Of a stretch of DNA of 64,000 bases, positions 36,531-53,984 are shown piece by piece. Position numbers and translations under genes: made by a program. This DNA comes from Eledone cirrhosa (lineage: Eukaryota): NCBI GenBank assembly GCA_964016885.1, contig OZ024740.1, forward strand, positions 163,370,001-163,434,000, in the 5' to 3' direction. Numbering within the stretch: position 1 is the first letter of the stretch; the number at the start of each line of letters is the position of its first letter. The notes under the pieces were generated by a model, which had not been told where the DNA came from, did no database searches, and worked only from the letters and a program-made list of their open reading frames with translations.

Positions 36531-36822
36531 TCTAGGGCGGGTAAAATTCCTGAGATCCATGGAGGAGTTCTCTCCAGCGGTCTCTGTCCCTCATTATCGC
36601 TGCCATGTCCTGCGTCTCCAACAGACCAGTGTCTGTCCCTAGGGCATCAACATACGTAAACCTTGGTCTTCCTCTTCCAGTGTGTCCATGTAGGGGCTCC
36701 CACAGGAGCACTGAGTGCAATTCTGTCAATTCTGGATGTCGGTGAGCATGTCCAGCTAACCTCAGTCTCCTCTGTGTCACTTTTGAGCTGAGAGTTTGGG
36801 AGGCTCCCATACAGCTCATAGT
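36531..36822 (-). mobile_element. RTE LINE 3' fragment
   Basis: RRLRLAGHAHRH..LLWEPLHG..GRGRPRFTYVDAL..DTGL..MRDRDRWR. Confidence 0.85.
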
Positions 36823-36831
36823 TATTATTAA

Positions 36832-36858
<27 letters not shown>

Positions 36859-36862
<4 letters not shown>

Positions 36863-37608
36863 ATTGAATATATGAGAAGGATGAACACCGATACAAGTAT
36901 ACATTTGTTCGAATAGCAAATGAGCAAGTTGGCTTGGTTGAAAACATACTAATCTAAAACTATGATTTGCCTTTAAAGTAATAAATCAATAAAAATAACA
37001 AACCAATATCGGGCAAGTGCCTTTGATACCGGGACAGATCTAAAATCTGTGTCGCAAGAATTATTAAGTGAAAGCCACTATTCCTGTGCTTTTCTACGAG
37101 TATCCAGGAAATTCGTACCTTCCACTTCAAAAGATCTAAGAAGACTGAACTATGTGTTGACATAAAAGCACATGTTGCAGCAGCTAGCGGGTCTTATACT
37201 CATGCCGCTAAAAATAGCAGCCGGTGTTATGAGACTAAAGTTAGCTCTACGTATGGAGCCGAGAATATCATATATTGAGTTAGAAACTCAAAATAGTCTT
37301 TTACAATTAAATAGCTCAAGGAAGGGAATCTTTCCGAGCCGTGTAATACAATTGAATATATGAGAGGGAAGAGCACAGGAATGGTGGCTTTCACTTAATA
37401 ATTCTTGCGAACAGATTTTAGATCTGTCCGGGTATCAAAGGCAGTTGCCCGATATAGGTTTGTTATTTTTATTGATTTATTACTTTAAATCGAGACAGGC
37501 AAACCATGTTGTTTAAAATTAGTATTTTTTCAACCTAGCTAATTTGGTCATTTGCAATTCGAACACATGTATACTTGTATCGGTGTTCATCCCTCTCATA
37601 TATTCAAT

Positions 37609-37614
<6 letters not shown>
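36859..37614. repeat. Fold-back inverted repeat (arms 36859-37091 and 37372-37614) between (TA)n tracts
   Basis: Diverged reverse-complement arms; a third partial direct copy of the terminus at 37349-37369; no coding or HHR motif recognised. Confidence 0.7.
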
Positions 37615-37655
<41 letters not shown>

Positions 37656-37658
<3 letters not shown>

Positions 37659-38077
37659 GGAAACATTTGAACAGGAACAAAACAGAGAGGCAGTACAACG
37701 AATGTTTATTAATTTCACGCTCTGGAGAGTGGGGTGGTGGTGGGGAACGACGTTTCGGGCATAAGCCCTTCCTCAGGTGAGAAGTGTGTGGGAACAGAGT
37801 TCAAAGGGTGTGTAGGGGAGTGGTGGAGAGACATATAGCGAAAGGAAACGGTGCGAATGAAATTAAAAATAAAAATAAAAATAAAGCATGATCAAAATAC
37901 AAGGAATGAAATAAAATTAAATATAAAAGCATGATCAAAATAAACTGAAATTAAAAAGGGGGTAAAACAGGTGGTGGAAGGGTGTGGGGTGTGTAGGGGT
38001 GGTGGCAGGTGGAGTGGGGAGAGGGAGACGGGATGTCCGAGAGGGGAGGGCTGAAGGTGGTGTGTGTGTGTAGGTGT

Positions 38078-38143
<66 letters not shown>

Positions 38144-39530
38144 GTAAGGGTTGCATGTTCAGGAAGAGGTGTGTGTGGGGGAGTTGTAGGTCGGAGTGTC
38201 TGTGCGTGTGTGGATAGAGGGGTGGGGGGGAGAGGAATCAGGAGGATGAGGGTGTAAATATGTGGTGGAAAGCACGTGTGTGTGGGGTTTAAGCGTGTTG
38301 TGGGTGTAGGTGGCGTGTGGAGAAAAAAAATGTTTGGGGTGTGTGTGTGGGTGAGTTATATAGGTGGTTCCGTAAGAGGATGGTTGAAAAGTTGGTAAAA
38401 TCCTATGATGTTTAGTGGATTCCGTCGTGGTCAAGTTCCACATACGAGTATTCCATGAAGAGATGGTCGGAAGAGGAGAGATGTGGGGTACGCGCGCAAC
38501 AGGAAGTGGTCAAGCAGTGGGAGTGTTGTGTGTCTGTTTGTGCTGGGAGGTGGTCAGAGGGCATAGCAGCAGTCGGTGGAATGGTAAAGGGGCGAGGATG
38601 GGTAGGTGTGAAAGTTGGAGTGAGGAGGGTGTGTGTGTGTATTAGTAGAGGTGTTAGTGGGATGAGTGAGTGTGGAGCGAGGGTGTGGGTGGAGCGGGGA
38701 GAGAAGGGTGTGTGTAGTATTATGGAGGGAGTGTGGTGTACTGGTGTGTGTGTAGTTTGATGAGGGGGTTGTTAGTGGGTGTTAGTATACGGGAGGTGGG
38801 GAAGGGTTGAATGCAGGTGTGAGTGGGGGTTAGTGGTGGTAGGGTGTGTAGAGTTGGTGGTGTACGAGGGTGTGTGGGTACGTGTGCGTGGGGTTGGGGG
38901 TGTTAGTGATGTTAGTTGCGTGTGGGGTGGGTGGTGTAAGTGGGTGCGTGTGTTCGTGTGCTTGGGGTCAGGGGGTGTTAGTGAGGTTAGTTTCGGGGTG
39001 GTGGGATGGAGGTGTGGGGGTGAGGGTTAGTGGTGGTAGTAGGGTGTGTGTTTAGTGTGAGCGCGTGTATATATGTGCCGGTGGGTGTGTGCGTGTGATA
39101 AGGAGGGATGAGGAGAAGAAGGGAGGGATGTTAGTATGTTAGTTGAGGAAGAGTGGTCGGATGAGGGGTGGAGTGGAGGTGTTAGTATTGTTAGTTGTGG
39201 GGTGGGCGGTGAAAAGGAGGGGTGTGTTAGTGGTGTTAGTGGGGGAGAAGTGTGGGGGGATGGGGCGGTCGAAGGCTAAAGGAATAAGGGTGGGAAGTTC
39301 AGGCCGGGGGGAGTGTGGGTCTGTAAGATGAAGATAGTTCTTTGTTCGACTCTAAGGCGATTGGCGGGTGTTCCGTGGCATTGGAGTAGGCCACAGACTG
39401 TGAGATGGCGTTCGGAATGTCTAGGGCCACCAAAGTGGCGGGCGATGGGGGAACTACCACCGAGACGAATATCCCGGAGGTGCTCAGTGAATCGGTCCGC
39501 CAGGCGACGTCCCGTCTGTCCGACATAAGT

Positions 39531-39535
<5 letters not shown>
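37656..39535 (-). mobile_element. PLE 3' fragment: GIY-YIG, long CA-rich 3' UTR, HHR-bearing pLTR
   Basis: Minus 39530-39297 reads YVGQTGRRLADRFTEHLRDIR..PIARHF..RLRVEQRTIFILQTHTPPGLN; HHR core CTGAGGA-agggc-ttat-gccc-GAAA-cgtcgtt at ~37746-37776; pLTR paralog at 59517-59720(+). Confidence 0.85.
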
Positions 39536-39599
<64 letters not shown>

Positions 39600-39603
<4 letters not shown>

Positions 39604-40478
39604 CGGTGGACTATTGTATGTGCCTTGCGCAGGAGAAACACCAGGACTCTAGCTTTACTGTAACACTGGCTCAGAGCTAGAGAGTTAAGGCGAAAAAGAT
39701 ATCGGATGCTGAATATGCCGACGATATAGTTCTCGTGACAAACACAGTGAAGGAGGAAGTGGAGTTGATGCAGGAGATGGAGACTGTGTCGATGAGTGTG
39801 GGGCTGAGAATGAATGAGATTAAGACGAAGTATCTGGTTGAGAATATTAAGAAGCCAGAGAAGATTACGAATGTAGGCGGGAAGCCGCTAGAGTGGTTGA
39901 GACTTCCTGTATCTGGGAGCAAAGATTGAGAATACAGAAGATGATGTGGTCGAGAGGAAGAGCAAAGCCTGGGCGGCGTGCTACAGTTTGAGATCGGTGT
40001 GGAAGTCGGACCTTCGTAAAGACCTGAAGATCCGTCTCTTCGTTGCTGTAGTGAAGTCTGTGCTGCTGTACGGGTCTGAGACTAGGACACTGACCAAGAA
40101 ACTCATTCAGATGGTGGATGGTTGCTACACGAGAATGCTGAGGATGGCTCTGAACATTAATCAGTATACACTGAGGATGAAGAAGTAAGAGCTGTACGGG
40201 AGCCTCCCAAAAGTCAGCTCGAAAGTAGCACAGAGGAGACTGAGGTTAGCTGGACATGCTCACCGACATCCAGAGTTGACACTGCACTCAGTGCTCCTGT
40301 AGGAGCCCCTGCATGGACACACTAGAAGCGAGAGACCGAGGTTGACATATGTTGATGCCCTAAGGACAGACACTGGTCTGTTGGAGACGCAGGACATGGC
40401 AGCGATGATGAGGCACAGAGACTGCTGGACAGAACTCGTCCATGGATCTCTGGATTTTTACCCGCTCTAGATATATAT
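39600..40478 (+). mobile_element. RTE LINE, 5'-truncated (RT C-terminal half)
   Basis: EYADDIVL, VGLRMNEIKTKY, KIRLFVAVVKSVLLYGSET, DGCYTRMLRMALNI, RRLRLAGH; starts at (TA)n and ends ccgctctagatatatata. Confidence 0.88.
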
Positions 40479-40529
40479 AAAGAAGACAGTATATACTCTC
40501 TTATATTAGTCTGGCATAAATTAAACTAT

Positions 40530-40649
<120 letters not shown>

Positions 40650-40893
40650 AAAAGTAAGTGACTCAGTAATTAGTGTGTTCGTCTCACTATCGTATGGTCG
40701 GGAGTACGATTCCCGGCGGCGCGCTCTTTCATTAAGGCAGGCACATTTTTCGCTTTAGTCCAGATCACTCAGCAAGCAAAACTGAGTAAAAATATCTGTA
40801 ATTTAAAAATTCAACCTCGTCACATAACGTGTCACGCTGAATCTCCTTGGGAATCACTTTAAAGTTATACGTGTCTCTGGTGTCCTCAACGAA

Positions 40894-41050
40894 GGCGGTG
40901 GATTGGCAGTATTGGTAGAGGGTCGGACGCCATGCTTCATGGTCTGAGTTCAAATCCCGCCGAGGTTAACTTTGCCTTTCGTCCTTACGGGGTCGAAAAA
41001 ATAAAGCACCAGTAACGTACTGGGTCGATTTAATCGACTTACCCCACCCA
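40894..41050 (+). mobile_element. SINE family 1 copy next to a family 2 SINE
   Basis: Same head and core as 20021-20207. Confidence 0.75.
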
Positions 41051-42481
41051 CCAAATCATTATCATCGGCAGTAACTATGACACATGCCGAGCACAGTGTG
41101 AACAGGCCCACTCCCAATGTCAAATATTACGTTACATGGAAAATGTAAAAGCAGAAGAAAGCTACGTAATTAACATTGAGATCAGCAGTAATGGGGAATG
41201 TAAAAATCTAACGTGGCATTCTTGATTTGCGAAATGAATAAGTGAATGGTTGTCAGTGAAGAATGTTTGGTAGACGTGATGATATGTTTGAGTCTTACAT
41301 TTTTGAGTGGTTGTGCATATGAAATGAAGCTAGAGCCAAAATCTTATGGTCTAAAATCCGACACTTTGTATAAATTGTAACAAATTACATTTACTCAAGA
41401 TGACAACGTATATAAGCGTATCAAGTGCTGAAGCAATAAATAACGTGCTTGTAAGGCGGTGAGTATGAGAAGGAATTTCTTTCTTTCTTCTTTTTCTTTT
41501 TGACAAAGATTTGAAAAAGAAAAAGAATGTGTTAAAGAGAACAGTGATTTACCTGTTTTGAAGCATTGGTTTATTCGTTTCGATAATTCAGGATAGCCAA
41601 ATTAGATTCTTACACTCCTTGTCATTGTTCATCATAATTTTAATTACGCCACTTTCATCCACTTTTACCACGTTAGTAGTTAGTAAATATCTATATTTCA
41701 TTTATTAATCATTTCTTTTTTTTTACAATTACGTGATTCTTTTAGTGTGAGATGCAATACAATTTTTCATTATCTATTTATGTAATGAAAACCAACTTAT
41801 TGTTTAATCACAAATATTTAGATGTCTTTAAGGTGACAGTCCATATAAATATACACATTGCATAAATATAATATAATGTAATATAATACAATATATATAC
41901 TTGTGTTATAGGGTGTTTCCTAATTGATAGCCGGGGCTGTGATTATGTCGCTCCAATTAGAAAAATCATTGTGTAATAATGAAAAAGCACTTGACGTCTT
42001 GTGTATTCTACCAAACAACGTGTTTCTAGATTTTATCCGTCATCGGTGATATTTACTCACTCGGTACAGAAACATGAATAAGCTAAAAGATTATATGATT
42101 TTTTACGCATGAAACATTGCCTTTGACTAGGATTAATCAGCAGTAGCACTAACATAGCGTGGTTCATAATAGGGATGTATACATTATTTTGTCTAACGAA
42201 GCAGTCCACCAAAATTACCTGGATTTGAACTGAGAACGAAAAGACTCAAAACAAATACCGCACGTCATTCCAACATTCAAACAAATCTGCCAATCTGCCA
42301 ACATTTTCTGAACTATTAATGTCATCTTTTATATTTTGCCCGAAATGTAATTCATAAAATTATGAATGTAAAATTTTGTTAAACTGACTTTAATATATAA
42401 ATTCTTGGTAGAATCGGCTGAGTACTTTGCAAATATTTAGTTGTGTCTTTTTTTTTTTTTTACATTTCGAGTTCAAATCCC

Positions 42482-42718
42482 GATACTATGGACATGTAGT
42501 TAGAATGTCTCAGGAAAGAATCGGTGTACAGATTTTACAGGCAAAAACAACCGGAAGAAGACCCAGGCGTAGACGCCGAGCAAGGTGGTTGAATAACATC
42601 CACGCTTGGGGATCCAGCCGGATCAGCTGGAGACTGTTGCTTCTAACATGACCCTCGGGAATAAGTGGGCGAAGAAGAAGAAGAAGAAGAAGAAGAAGAA
42701 GAAGAAGAAGAAGAAGAA
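42482..42718 (+). mobile_element. RTE LINE extreme 3' end with (GAA)n tail (a different family)
   Basis: YYGHVVRMSQERI..ILQAKTTGRRPR.R.R.RWLNNI followed by a long (GAA)n run. Confidence 0.75.
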
Positions 42719-44729
42719 TACCACAAGTGTCGATACTTTCAATTCAACTTTTCAGGCGTTGATAAAAAAAAGTTGGTGTCAGGAAGAGCATTTCATCATA
42801 AAACATTTCCTGAATAAGGGCCCATAGTAAATATAAAATCTACCATCCTACCATGGGAGCCGCAAATCTAAACTTTGCTTTGGCGGCTAAAATGACCTTT
42901 AAACGCTTGTTGTTGATATTTTAAGTACCAACCAATTATTGATGTAAATATAATTCACTCCGACCCCACCCACCCCACACACTTAAAAACATGTCCTTCT
43001 ATCTAATTTAGAACTAATCAATATAAACATACAGACTGCCTCAGCATAATTTATAACATTTCATATCAAATGACGGATCCTCCGTCGGTTTCAATGATAA
43101 GAATTCGATCAACTGAATGTCTGAATAATGTGTTATTGGTTATTGGCTGAGTATTCCACAGACCTGAAATTTTCAAGTAGAATCAGTTTGACACAATGTA
43201 TGACAACGTTGGACTTTAGGATTACAAGTATAATCCATCTGAATAATTTACACAGTCTCCCTTTACCCAGTTTCATTCACAAGGCTTGTAGAGACCAGAG
43301 GCATTGAGAAAGAAACTCGCGATTGCGAAGGAGACTTGTTAACGACTCAGCCATGTCTGCGTCCAATTTTTCTCAAATATATCATAATTGAATTACGTTG
43401 ATCATATTAATATATCGTAGCGAGCCAACAAATGAACCCTCTCAAACTGTTAGAAATAGCAGCCAATCTGAGGAGGTTTTTACTTTCACTTTACCAGAAA
43501 TACCAGCCAAAACTAAGTAAGCCTTTCAGCAACCGCAGGACTTGCGAGAAACAACAGCGTATCTCTCTTAAATTGCACCCATGAAAAAGAATGACATACT
43601 GAATAATACTATGTTAAATACACAATACCATACATTCATACAAATATTTATTCACGGCTGGCCTGGGCTAAACAACCTAAAAGCACTCCCTTATAGTCTT
43701 CAAAAAGCAGGACACATTGCATTATGCATGATATACAAAAGGACAGTGGGCACAACAGACAATGGGAACGAATCTTAACTATAATAAAGAGAGGTGTGCG
43801 AGACTGCGTCCAGAATATATTTTTGTTATCCCGTTTGTAAAATAAGTTGGATTACTTTGAATAAATAATGAATGAATATTACATAATTTATCTACTAAAT
43901 TTCGTATCTCTTGATTAAATATATTTTATTGCTTATTTAAAGATTCACTTCTTTAAAATGTTCAAATGTCAACACTTCCGGTTAGCGATCGCTTAAATAA
44001 ACATTCATATATTTCCGTCACTATTTTTTTCCTAATGCAGTTATATAATATCGTCTATTTTTAATGTATCATGGATTACTTTACTGATTACATAAGACAG
44101 TGTAACGCAGACTTCGTTCAAATTCTGTGTATATTGTCAATTACGATTTTATTTGATGTATCATATCTACATACATATATATATATTTGCGTATAATATC
44201 AATATGCATACTACACATGCTAACAGAAAACCAGCCGAAGGGTGGATTTCTGCTAGTTTCTATAATGATAGTTTTGCTCAGTCATCAGAACTGACTTAGC
44301 GCTATATCACGGTAACATAATAATATATAACGCAACACTTTTCTTTATCAGATTCATATTCGATTCATATTTGAAATATGAAAATAGAAAAAATCATCTA
44401 GTTCCTGTTCTTAAGCACACGCCTAAGTATTCCTTTCCGGGTGATTAATTTTATATAGACACAAAGCCTCAAACATACAGTGGATGTGAGAATAATGGAC
44501 GCGTACAATTTATGTCTATATCGGAAGCATTAGGGACGTTAGGGAAGTTGAAATAACAGGTGGGATGCACAACAGCCAATAGATTGCTTCTTTTCCACAG
44601 CGAGCGACACCCATCTCGTGATAATTTTCCTAAAAATAACCAGTCATACAGTCGTTCCATTAGGATTGATTGGGTTCATAAAATCTCATTTATATATATA
44701 TGTATGTATGTGTGTAAACACAGTCACTT

Positions 44730-44825
<96 letters not shown>

Positions 44826-44959
44826 CACATATTAAATATATATATATACATATTAAATATATGTGTGTGTGTGTATGTATATGTGTATGTGTGTGTATAT
44901 ATATGTGTGTGTGCGTGTATATATATATGTGTGTGTGTATATATATATACGTGTGTGTA

Positions 44960-45065
<106 letters not shown>

Positions 45066-46246
45066 ATATTGAATATATTTCTTCTATAGAGACGATCATT
45101 TATATCAATAAGTATTTTAAATTTGATGAATTAACTTACATATAGGTTTTTGCTTTATCGTCAACTATCGAAAAAGGGAAAGCTTAAACTAAACAATGTC
45201 AGTTTTCATCTTTACATTAATATTTTCCTTTCATCACACCAAAGTGAATATTTTGTGTGCACAGTAAGAGGTGTAAATTAATAACTGTGTTTCTGTGTTG
45301 TTAATTTAAGACTAGCTTTTCGCCGGAAGCTATTCGATTCGATAGAGTTTCCTATTCACCTCATTCTCTATTCCAACGTATTTCTCGGATAACGCTAATT
45401 TGCGAAATATCATGGCAAAATAAAACATTCATATCTTCGGTGGGTTTGTTAAAATGGATGAGAAGAATGCAGATGGAAAATAATGGAATCTATTTTTGGC
45501 TGCATTATATCATGAGCGATGACGATGTTTACGTGTTTGAGCAACCTGCTAAATATAGCTTAAATAAAAGAATGCCTAGCGCAATCAGTGAATGATATAT
45601 TTTATAATATACGTGTATCATGATATCCATTCACCTTGTAAATGGGTTTTCTATAAGATAATATTTCTTATATTAATGAATTGAACATAATCAATCTATT
45701 TGAAACTTCTATAGATTTAAGGAAATGATTAAGGACGACGATGATATGGATGGTGTTGCGTAGTCCTAAATCAGATCTAATCGAACAATTCAGGTAATCG
45801 ACAGAGCGACTAGGCCACACACACACAAATCTGGGTGTGGGAGTGCAGACCTGCCAACCACTAAAAACGCAAACAGGGAGTACCAAGAAAAAAAAAGGTA
45901 CCCCAAAACGGGGAGAAATGAGGCAAAATGAGGAGATTTTACATAAATACAGCAATACCCATTTTCACAAAAGAAGACAACTCTCACCCAACCCAAAGTA
46001 GGTGGGAGATCTCTCCCTCGGATGGGGAGAGTTGACACGTCTGGGAGTGCGTTATACAATACCTTGCTGAGAACTACACAATGCATTCCAAAATATTGTG
46101 AACAATCTTAGGAGTGCAGTATGACAGTCTGGACATGTCGTACACTCTCCATCGCCCAATCTTTATCTGTGCATCCTCTGAATCCGGTGGTAGTCACAAG
46201 GAACTGAACAAAAGCGTGACAACTCCTCCACATATAAAACTGAATA

Positions 46247-47508
<1,262 letters not shown>

Positions 47509-47821
47509 TAAAAATGTTAAATGCAATAAAAGCTATTTTCATATTCTTAAATGACAGTGGTCGTTATCGGTCTAAAACTAGTGACATGTTAAATGAATAA
47601 ATGATTATGTGTAGAAAAATGTCTTGCCAGTTTATATAGGACACAAAATGTTGTGTCCTGAATTCATATATTTTAACAGACATTTTCTTCCCTTTATTCT
47701 TTGGCTGTATTGCTATAATATACACTAAATCACATTTATTCTATTTCCTGACAAAAGCATACATTCCAAGACAATATATTTTATTTACTGATACTTATTA
47801 TTGACCTTTAACATCAGAAAA

Positions 47822-48030
47822 AGTGGTGAATTGGCAGAGAGCCGGAAAAAAGAGCCATTGTGGCATTTGATATGGCTTTCTACATTCTGAGTTCAAATCA
47901 CGCGGATGTCAATTTTGCCTTTCGTACTTCCAGAGTCGACAGAATAAAGTACCAGTGAACTACTGGGGTTGATTTAATTAACTTTCCCCTTCTCCCTCCC
48001 CAAATCTGCTGGCCTTGTGCCTAAATTAGA
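47822..48030 (+). mobile_element. SINE family 1 copy
   Basis: B-box gagttcaaatc plus the family core. Confidence 0.7.
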
Positions 48031-48775
48031 CATATGTCAACATCAGAAGCAATAGTAGGAAAGAATAGGTTAAAACGTTTTATAACATATTCTAGTTTGT
48101 TCTAAAACGTTTTATCACATATTCAAATTTATTTTAAATATTTTATCACAAATTCAAATTTGTTTAAAACGTTTGAAATAATTTAGACGTTTGTATTTAC
48201 AGACATTTTCTGAACATGGATTTTCACAAGGAAATTAGGGACATAGTTTGTGATAGCGATTTTTTTCTTCTTTTAATAGTAACAAATAAATCGGAGAGGA
48301 AGTTAATTATAAAATTCCCAGTAGCTTTGAATTTTTGTAATATTTAGATTATTATAACGACTGTCAAACACTAATATTGATAGAGTGCTACTTTTCACTA
48401 CCTAAGTAAACGTTTAAATGTAGTCTTGTGACAGTAATCTATATTTCGTCTAAGATTAATTGAAACACCATGGTTCCGATTATGTATATTAACAGCTTAT
48501 GTATATTAACAATGTAGTACTTCCTATTATTAGGATAACTTTACAAGGTTCAATGAAAGACCATTTCCAGATCTAAGATGCATGTTGTGATCGAAAGTGT
48601 CTCTCAAATAAATTTATCTAGAAATGTTGTTGTTGTGGTGGTTATTGTCTCTACTCTCTCTCTCTGTCGACACACATAAATACAAACGCACAATTTGCAC
48701 ACACATGTGTGTGTAGGAAGGTCCGTTTGTATTTTGTAATTGATGTATACAAACATATGATAAGGATCACTAATA

Positions 48776-50040
<1,265 letters not shown>

Positions 50041-50061
50041 TTATATATATATATATATATA

Positions 50062-51700
50062 GTAAAGGAGGAAGGAAACGCAGGAGAAGAGGAAGAGGAA
50101 AAGGAGAAGTCGAAGGAGACGACAGGGAGGTGTGGTAGTAATTGTGCTAAATATATCTATCTTTCTTAATATTTCCGTAGGAAATACTGTCGTTCTTAAT
50201 TTGTCCGTTGGAGTTGTTGTTGGGTGTTTGTTGCAGTTTCGTCTGTGGTGGATGCATCAAAACGGGGTTCGTATTTTGTGATAAAGTATGATTCTTTGAA
50301 AATGCGTTGAATGTCGGTATCGTTGTCTTTAAATTTAGAGAAGGAAAACATTCTGAAATGGGTTTGTTCATTAGGGGTGCAGGTATCAATATGGTTACTC
50401 AATGCTATTTTTCTATATTCCCGTATTTTAATTTTGGGTCTATTAACGGTTATACGCTGACGAAGACTCTTTGTAGTTTGTCCTATGTACTGTTCTCGAC
50501 AGCCTGAGCAAGTTAATACATATATATCAAGTTTTCTGAAGCACATGTGAAATTGTTTTTCATCGTAAAGCGTTGATCCTGTTTGAAACAGAACTCCGAT
50601 CCCTCTATTAGGTCTTCCGCATTGTTTTTACTGTTGCTTTCGTTGTTGTGGCCGAGTGGACTTTGGCCTCTGTTAGGATATTTTTCATTGACTTGGATTG
50701 TCTTTTGCTCTTTATGATGTTGTGCTTTTGAAGGATTTGGTTCTTTCTATGATCCCTTTTTAGTTTGGGGTGACTAAGTTCCTGGATACTAAATTCTAGG
50801 GCACGTTGGAATCCATTGTTAATTAAGGATGGTGGATAATTCCTGCTGATCAGTGTATCCTTTAGTTCTTGTAGTCGTATGTAACAGGTGTTTCTATCAG
50901 ATACTATTCTACAAATCCTTTTTTGCTAGGTTGTAAGGGATATTCATTCTAGTGTGTCTCGGATGGCATGAGTTGAACGGAAGATATTGCTTGGAGTCCG
51001 TGGGATTATAGTATATGTCTATTTCTATTTTGTTGTTAGTTTTCTTAATAAGGATGTCGAAGAAAGGAAGCTGTTGATGGCTGTGTTCCATCGTAAATTG
51101 AATGTTTACGTTAAGTCCATTTAGAAGTGCTTTAGATTCTTTAAGTCTCTCTATATTTCCATGCCAAAGAATGAAACAATCATCTAGATATCTCTTCCAG
51201 TTATTTTCTATGTCCGTATTTTTCTAGTAAATTATGGTAGAGGGTGATTTCCAGGTGCCCCATGACTAGGTTACCATAAGAGGGGGCCGTTTTCGTACCC
51301 ATCGCAGTCCCAGATTTCTGTCTGTAGAGGTTGTCATTGAATATGAAGTAGTTATTCTCCAAGATGAATTTGAGCCCTTCTATTACGAATTCTTTTTTGT
51401 TGCGGTGTGGGAATTCACTGGAGTAATTTTCTAGCCATAATTGGATTGTTTCTATTCCTAGGTTTCAGGTGATATTGGAATATAGGTTGACTACATCAAA
51501 AGACATTAGTGGGGTTTGTTCATTCATTATTAACTGTTTTAGGGAGGTAGTTGAGCATATCAAGGTCCCTTATATAGCTTTCAATGTGTTTAAGGAATGG
51601 TTTTAATAGGGTATCCAGAAAGTTTCTCAGACGATGGGCTTCGCATGCGGGGCCAGCTATTATATTCTGCAAACCCACGGTCATTCATAACCGAAGGGGC
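50062..51700 (-). mobile_element. Decayed PLE RT + GIY-YIG (family of 30877-32912)
   Basis: SFDVVNLYSNI, GTAMGTKTAPSYGNLVMG, WKRYLDDCFILW, DIYYNPTDSKQYLPFNSCHPRHT, IYVLTCSGCREQYIGQT..ESYFITKYEP. Confidence 0.9.
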
Positions 51701-52960
51701 CTATATATATTTATAATAAACACTTAGTGCTAACATTGATGGGGAAATCTTAATTTGATATCTTACTCTATACCTCTTTCTCGCAAAATGTTGACAAGAG
51801 GTTCTGTGATCTGAGCAGCAAAACAACAAAATCTACCTACTTAACTACCTACCTAACTACCTAACTACCTACCTACCTACCTACCTACCTACCTACCTAT
51901 CTATCTATCTATCTATCGAAGATGGCAATGCTTGGGCTTCCGGTACACAATGAATGTTATGTAAGATATACAATGCCCTATCTGGTAGATGGCATTGGAC
52001 TTGGGAAAGGTAACCAAGTAGAGATTCATGAACCGGCGAGGAAAGTGGAGAGTACTTCATCATGGATTTAGTTGAGTCATGTGAGAGAAAGGCGAAAGCT
52101 AAGAGCGAAGAATAAATCCTTAGCAAATAGTAAAACATAATAGATATTGAATCGTTGCTGTGGTTACAGCTATTCTTAGTTTGGTGAGTGTCCCTATGGA
52201 GTAAAAAAGAAGCATGTCATAGTATCGATATCACTGAAGGTAGACACAATCGGAAGGTGCTGCAGAAATATCTGCGGCCTCCAATCGCCAGCTGATGAAG
52301 GAAATATCCTGGTGCCAGCTGAATAAAAATACATGTACTTGAAGATTCGAATACCTTTTAACGTTATATACCGTATCAAAATAGAGTAACAAAACATTCT
52401 CGAAAAGTAAACAATGTCACTGTGTTTGCATCGATTAAAGGAATTGACTAATCCTCTTATGCAATGGAGATAACTCTAATTGCTTCCATCAATGTTCAGC
52501 TTCAATTACTTAATATTTGAACGAGCTATGTCATATTTTATTGAATTTTATCGTTTAGCTTTCTGTGTTTTTTTAAATTCTAGTCTAGATATTTTTCTTT
52601 AAATATAGGTCAATGACAGGGAATATCGACTATTTAATTAATGAATTAATAGTGGATAAAAATAATTTGCTTTTGGAAATGTTTGTGTGTATGTATTATA
52701 ATATCATTAAAGTTATTAACATTTTTCTTTACATTATATTTTGTACATATATTACTGTACATATTTCTCTAATTACATAATAAGTAACCAAAGACGTATA
52801 AGCAACGTTATACTTAACATAATCGACTGTACTACATTAAATAATAAAAAAAAGTATTAAGCATAATACTACCAATTTTCCAAACGAAAATACTATAACA
52901 TTTGAATTAATGGACTGGTCTTTGGTCATTTTCTGCTAATTCATTATAGAAGTTGCTTAT

Positions 52961-53070
<110 letters not shown>

Positions 53071-53077
53071 CAAGCTC

Positions 53078-53837
53078 TAGCAAATAGAGAAAAAGTTTTA
53101 AAATAAATTTTAAAAGGTTCGCTGTACTTACTAATATGTGCCTTTACCGCGCGGTTTCGAATCTCAAAATAAACGGATAATCCAAGCGGATTTCCATTGA
53201 GAAGGAGAATCTCGTCAGAAGGCTCTTCTTGCTCGGAGAATATAAAATTCCCGAGTTGAAATCACAAACTGGCGCCATACAAAACTGCCCCGAATGAGAG
53301 TGAATGAGGAAAGAAACATTGGCATATGGTTGGATAATAATTGTATCCCTATATGTATTTTTTACACGTAGGAACACATACTTTATTATTAATCTCCCCT
53401 AAGGTTGAGATAACATTTGGTCATTTGAACTGATGCTATTTCCTGTTCGCCCTGCCTTTTGTCTTTACACTCGGCACTAGGCAAAATTGTTTCTTTCCTC
53501 ATTTACTCTCATTCGGGAACAGTTTTGTATGGCGCCAGTTTGTGATTTGAACTCGGGAAATTTATATTCTCCGAGCGAGAAGAGCCTTCTGAAGAGATTC
53601 CCCTTCTCAATGGAAATCCACTTGGATTAACCGTTTATTTTGGGATTCGAAACCGCGCGGTAAAAGAACATATAGTAAGTACAGCGAATCTTTTAAAATT
53701 TATTTTAAAACTTCTCTATTTGCTATTTTATATGTTCTGGCTTGTTATTTATTAACCTGCCATAGAACCACATTGCTATACGGTTGGATAATACTTGTAC
53801 CCTTATATGTATTTCTTACACGTAGGGACACATACTT

Positions 53838-53841
<4 letters not shown>
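53078..53841. mobile_element. pLTR fold-back (arms 53078-53318 and 53488-53725) with hammerheads, plus a direct repeat (53320-53388 / 53773-53841)
   Basis: CTGAAGA-gatt..aatg-GAAA-tcca-ct-tggatT at 53589-53628(+) and a CTGACGA version at 53179-53218(-); flanked by microsatellites. Confidence 0.75.
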
Positions 53842-53893
<52 letters not shown>

Positions 53894-53984
53894 ATATACA
53901 TACATACATATACGCACACACGCATACATACATACATACATACATACATACATACATAAAGGTTTCGTTATTAAATAATTATTT

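Noticed and set aside
38100-39290. GT-rich stretch with several ORFs
   Set aside because: It is the low-complexity 3' UTR of the PLE at 37656-39535; the ORFs are compositional artefacts.
52200-52325. Possible exon, or hammerhead (ctgatgaaggaaa)
   Set aside because: No stems support a ribozyme; on minus all three frames after the acceptor-like site stop without a convincing donor or recognisable homology.
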